A DNA stretch of 64,000 bases from Bilabrum cf. latius (lineage: Eukaryota). Shown here piece by piece: positions 61,001-64,000 of the stretch; within the stretch, counting starts at the first letter, position 1; the number at the start of each line of letters is the position of its first letter. The DNA lies in assembly GCA_965178125.1 (NCBI GenBank), contig OZ237749.1:930001-994000 (forward strand). The letters run 5' to 3'. Below the pieces are notes generated by a model that was given only the letters and a program-made list of their open reading frames with translations, did not search any database and was not told the origin of the DNA. The translations under genes were made by a program, and so were the position numbers.

Positions 61001-61032
61001 TTGCCGATGGCGCCATCGCTGGCAGCCGACAT
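52080..61032 (-). CDS. Kinesin-14-like motor-domain protein with N-terminal NudE-like coiled coil, ~2900 aa
   Basis: GRVVVCCRVRP, FCLDRV, AYGPVGSGKTHS, VPYRASQVTHMLQDVL. Intron 60285-60522. TAG at 60835, 60814, 60628, 57864, 57759, 55755, 54963, 53787 and 52230. Ends TGA. Confidence 0.78.
54209..54300. repeat. EP/EA hexamer minisatellite within the kinesin-like gene tail
   Basis: (tctggc/tccggc/tccgcc)n encoding EPEPEAEPEP on the minus strand. Confidence 0.85.
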
Positions 61033-61117
61033 TGAAAGTGCAAGTGCAGAATTCCGTAGAGTTGTAACGTGCACATTTCGGACAGAACGAAACTCGACTA
61101 ACTGTCTCATTTCTGGC

Positions 61118-61867
61118 ATGCAAAGGCTATTCTTCGACTGTCTCCGGCAAACGCCCGTGCCTTTTCAAAAGGTTTTCAATAGGGTATGGTTCTGGCCAAC
61201 CGTGCTGGCGACAAGAGCGGTTGCGTCCGTGTGTCCATCTTGCTTGCGGCTTCGCGACGAAGTTGCTCCAGGAATCTGGCTTGGTGTAGCACCAGTCTTC
61301 GAATCTGACGCAGAGAGCCTATACGAAGATGGCGTTAGATGTGTTGTGAACATGTGCGAAGAGTGGCGAGAGCACTCCGCTCTGTACGAAAAGAGGGGTA
61401 TCCGCGAAGTGTACATCCCGACGCTTGACCATCACGCACCCTCCAAAGCGGAGTGCGATGATGCCTCAGAGATTATGAAGCAGACCCTAGATAGTGGTGG
61501 CCAAGTCTACGTGCATTGCAAGGCAGGCAGGGGCCGCAGCAATATAATCGTACTGTATCACCTCGTGAAGACGACCGGCGATCGCCCCGAGTCTGTGCAT
61601 TTGAAAATGAAAGAGCACCGGGGCCACATTGTTTGCAAGTGGAAATCAGAGCCAGTGCAGCAGCTGTGGAGCGAGCTTGGACACGAAGACGACGGTTCCG
61701 TGGAAGCTGAAAAGCAGGACCGCAGAAAGGTCGCTGTCGCACCGTCCCCGCCCACGCGTGCCGCTGGCGTGGTGGTGCCAGGACCAGAGGGTGCAGGTGC
61801 ACAGGAAGGTAGCAAGGTTCACAGTACATCTGGCACAGCCCGAAGTCGCGCGAGAAGGGCAGACTGA
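61118..61867 (+). CDS. PTPMT1: Dual-specificity/phosphatidylglycerophosphatase PTPMT1-like phosphatase
   Basis: GVRCVVNMCEE, IPTLDH, VYVHCKAGRGRS. Ends TGA. Confidence 0.8.
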   Translation: MQRLFFDCLRQTPVPFQKVFNRVWFWPTVLATRAVASVCPSCLRLRDEVAPGIWLGVAPVFESDAESLYEDGVRCVVNMCEEWREHSALYEKRGIREVYIPTLDHHAPSKAECDDASEIMKQTLDSGGQVYVHCKAGRGRSNIIVLYHLVKTTGDRPESVHLKMKEHRGHIVCKWKSEPVQQLWSELGHEDDGSVEAEKQDRRKVAVAPSPPTRAAGVVVPGPEGAGAQEGSKVHSTSGTARSRARRAD

Positions 61868-61963
61868 ATGAATGAAAAATGGCATCCCGCCGATGGATCA
61901 ACACCGATAACAATTCATCACTCACGACATACATTTTTGCTTCTTGTAGCACCTTGCTTGCTA

Positions 61964-63302
61964 TCATCGGCCCGCCCCTCCGCTGGCGGCAGCGCTCTTG
62001 CTCGCCCCGCCCGCCGCGGCCGCCTTGGCAGCAGCAGACGAGGACGAGGGCTTGAGGAACTGCTAGATCCACGGGTGCCTGGGTACACTGGATAGAGACA
62101 GCCGCTGGCTCGGGTCCTTCTTCAGGAGCCGCTGCACGAAGTCCCTGGCGGCGTCTGAGACGTGCGCGGGGAACCGCAGGTCCACCTTGACGATCCTGCG
62201 GTAGGTCTGCGTGTTCCCCGGGGCGTCGAAGGGGGGCTGCCCCACGAGCAGCTCGTACGCCAGCACCCCCAGTGCCCACACATCCACCTGGTAGTTGTGG
62301 TCTTTGCCCTCGACCATCTCGGGGGGAAGGTAGTCCAGTGTCCCGCACAGCGTCCTGCGCCTGGAGGAGGGCGCGTGCACGGACCACCCGAAATCCGCGA
62401 TCTTGAGCTCGCCCTTGTACCCCACCAGCAGGTTCTCCGGCTTGATGTCCCGGTGAATCACGTGCTTGGAGTGGCAGTACCGCAGTGCCCTGCTCAGCTG
62501 CAGCACGTACGAGGCCGCCTTCCTCTCTGAGAACTTGCCCCTCCTCTGCAGGTCCTTGTACAGCTCTCCCCTGGGCGCGTACTCGAGGATGAGGTACACC
62601 CTCTTCTCGTCCCAAAAGTACCCGTACAGCCGAAGGATGTTCCTATGCCTCAGGTTGGACTGGATCTCAATCTCCCGACGCAGCTGGTGCTCCACACCGG
62701 ACTTGGTCAGCTGCCGCTTGTGGAGCACCTTGATGGCCACAATGTAGCGGTAGCGCTTCTCGCGGCACAAGTACACGTTTCCAAACTTGCCGCGTCCCAG
62801 CGGCCGGCCAATATCGAAATCATCCAGGGTCCAACGTCTCTTGGGCTCCATGCCTGTGCCCCCACCGGTGTCGTCGCCTGCTGCTGCCTTGCCCTCGGCC
62901 GCCCCAGCGGCATCGCTTGCAGCTGCACCAGATGGCATGGGTCGCAGCATGGCCGAACCGGATGAGGATGCCATAGCATCTTTTGCAATCTTAGATGCCA
63001 TGTCGGACGTATCTTCTGCTCGTTTTGTGGCACCACCGCTTGGAGCAGCAGCTGCAGCAGCAGTAGATCGGGGCAGCGACGGGGCTGCAACCTTACTCCC
63101 ATCTCGCGAAATATCTCCGGCATTTGCCTTCGAAGAAGAGTCTCCAAGAGCACATCTAGCAGGTTTATCGCTAGACGGTGCTGTAGTTGTGCCTGCAATA
63201 TGCAATACTGTCGCTCGAGCAAGAGTGCGCGGATGAGCAACTGGATGGATTTGGGTCGACATTGCGATACTTCGCCGTTAGCCACTCACTTAATGCACTC
63301 AT
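61964..63302 (-). CDS. Aurora kinase
   Basis: [52 protein letters not shown]. Probable intron 63193-63289. TAG at 62063 (HPWI*Q). Ends TGA. Confidence 0.93.
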
Positions 63303-63470
63303 AGTACTATGAATAAACGGTTTCCTGATTGTGGATTCTTGAGTACCAGTAGCAGAGGTACTTTGCAGAGTGGCGCGTATTGCCCAGAAAAACGGACCGA
63401 AGCGTATTTGAAACAGAACGCTACAAAGCAAGCGAGCGCGAAATACTTTACGCCCTAATTGAGAGCCAAA

Positions 63471-64000
63471 ATGGCCGCTGTTTCAGGGTCCAGTGGTGCC
63501 CTGTAGGAGAAAAGTAGCAATATCAGTCCATCTTCAGAGGACAAGTCAGAAGGAGCCGCACCTCCCGTTTCCAAGCCGGTGTCGCCGAACGACTTCGAGG
63601 TTGGCAAAATATTGGGAAAAGGCAAGTACGGAACGGTATATAGGGTCCGCTATAAGCCCACCAAGTAGACACTTGTACTTAAAACTGTTCTAAAGCGAGA
63701 GATTCTGGTAAGTGCAGCTTCAATCGCAATGCAGCTCAGCACTCTGGGCAACGGCTACCAACGTCAACTCTGTTGGATTTCCCTGTTCTTACCTTTGTCA
63801 AACGCAGGAGGATGGTGTCAAGCACCAGTTGCAACGTGAAGTTGAAATACACTCGCGCTGCCGACATCCGAATATTGTTCGCTTCAAGTGCTTCCTATAG
63901 GACAAGGACAGGCTGTACATGGTGCTGGAGTACTGCAACAAGGGAAACTTGTACGAGATGATGCAGAAGCAGGCCGACAAACGATTGAGCGAGGATACGG
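63471..64000 (+). CDS. Second, divergent Aurora-like kinase (truncated by window end)
   Basis: DFEVGKILGKGKYGTVY, intron 63708-63807, HQLQREVEIH..CRHPNIVR, LYMVLEY. TAG at 63504, 63666 and 63898. Confidence 0.8.

Noticed and set aside
189-64000. Region of pseudogenes or sequencing errors
   Set aside because: Interruptions are exclusively TAG, with no frameshifts and no internal TAA/TGA. Motifs are intact and GluRS is affected.
189-64000. Pyrrolysine or programmed readthrough
   Set aside because: Eukaryotic genes, no pyl machinery seen, up to 17 TAG per gene and no shared downstream context.

Overview
Gene-dense, GC-rich eukaryotic nuclear DNA from what looks like a heterotrophic protist (a stramenopile-like origin is inference only). 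I reconstruct about 24 protein genes with short GT-AG introns (about 90-240 nt) and very short intergenic spacers. The main result is that the ORF track is fragmented because this genome does not use the standard code. I traced by hand about 83 in-frame TAG codons inside 21 otherwise intact genes. These include cytosolic GluRS, aminopeptidase N, kinases, a USP, GH28/GH78 enzymes, a nucleotide-sugar dehydratase and a kinesin-like gene. I found no internal TAA or TGA and no frameshifts, and the reconstructed genes end at TGA (21) or TAA (2). Motif positions point to UAG = Gln with UAA apparently still a stop, a rare split-UAR nuclear code. Reading through TAG also reveals a cluster of bacterial-like polysaccharide-degradation genes, a ~2900-aa NudE-like/kinesin pseudo-motor fusion, a ~2600-aa secreted coiled-coil protein and a head-to-head pair of Aurora-type kinases. 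No RNA genes, CRISPR arrays or mobile elements were recognised. All gene models are manual and unverified by transcripts.
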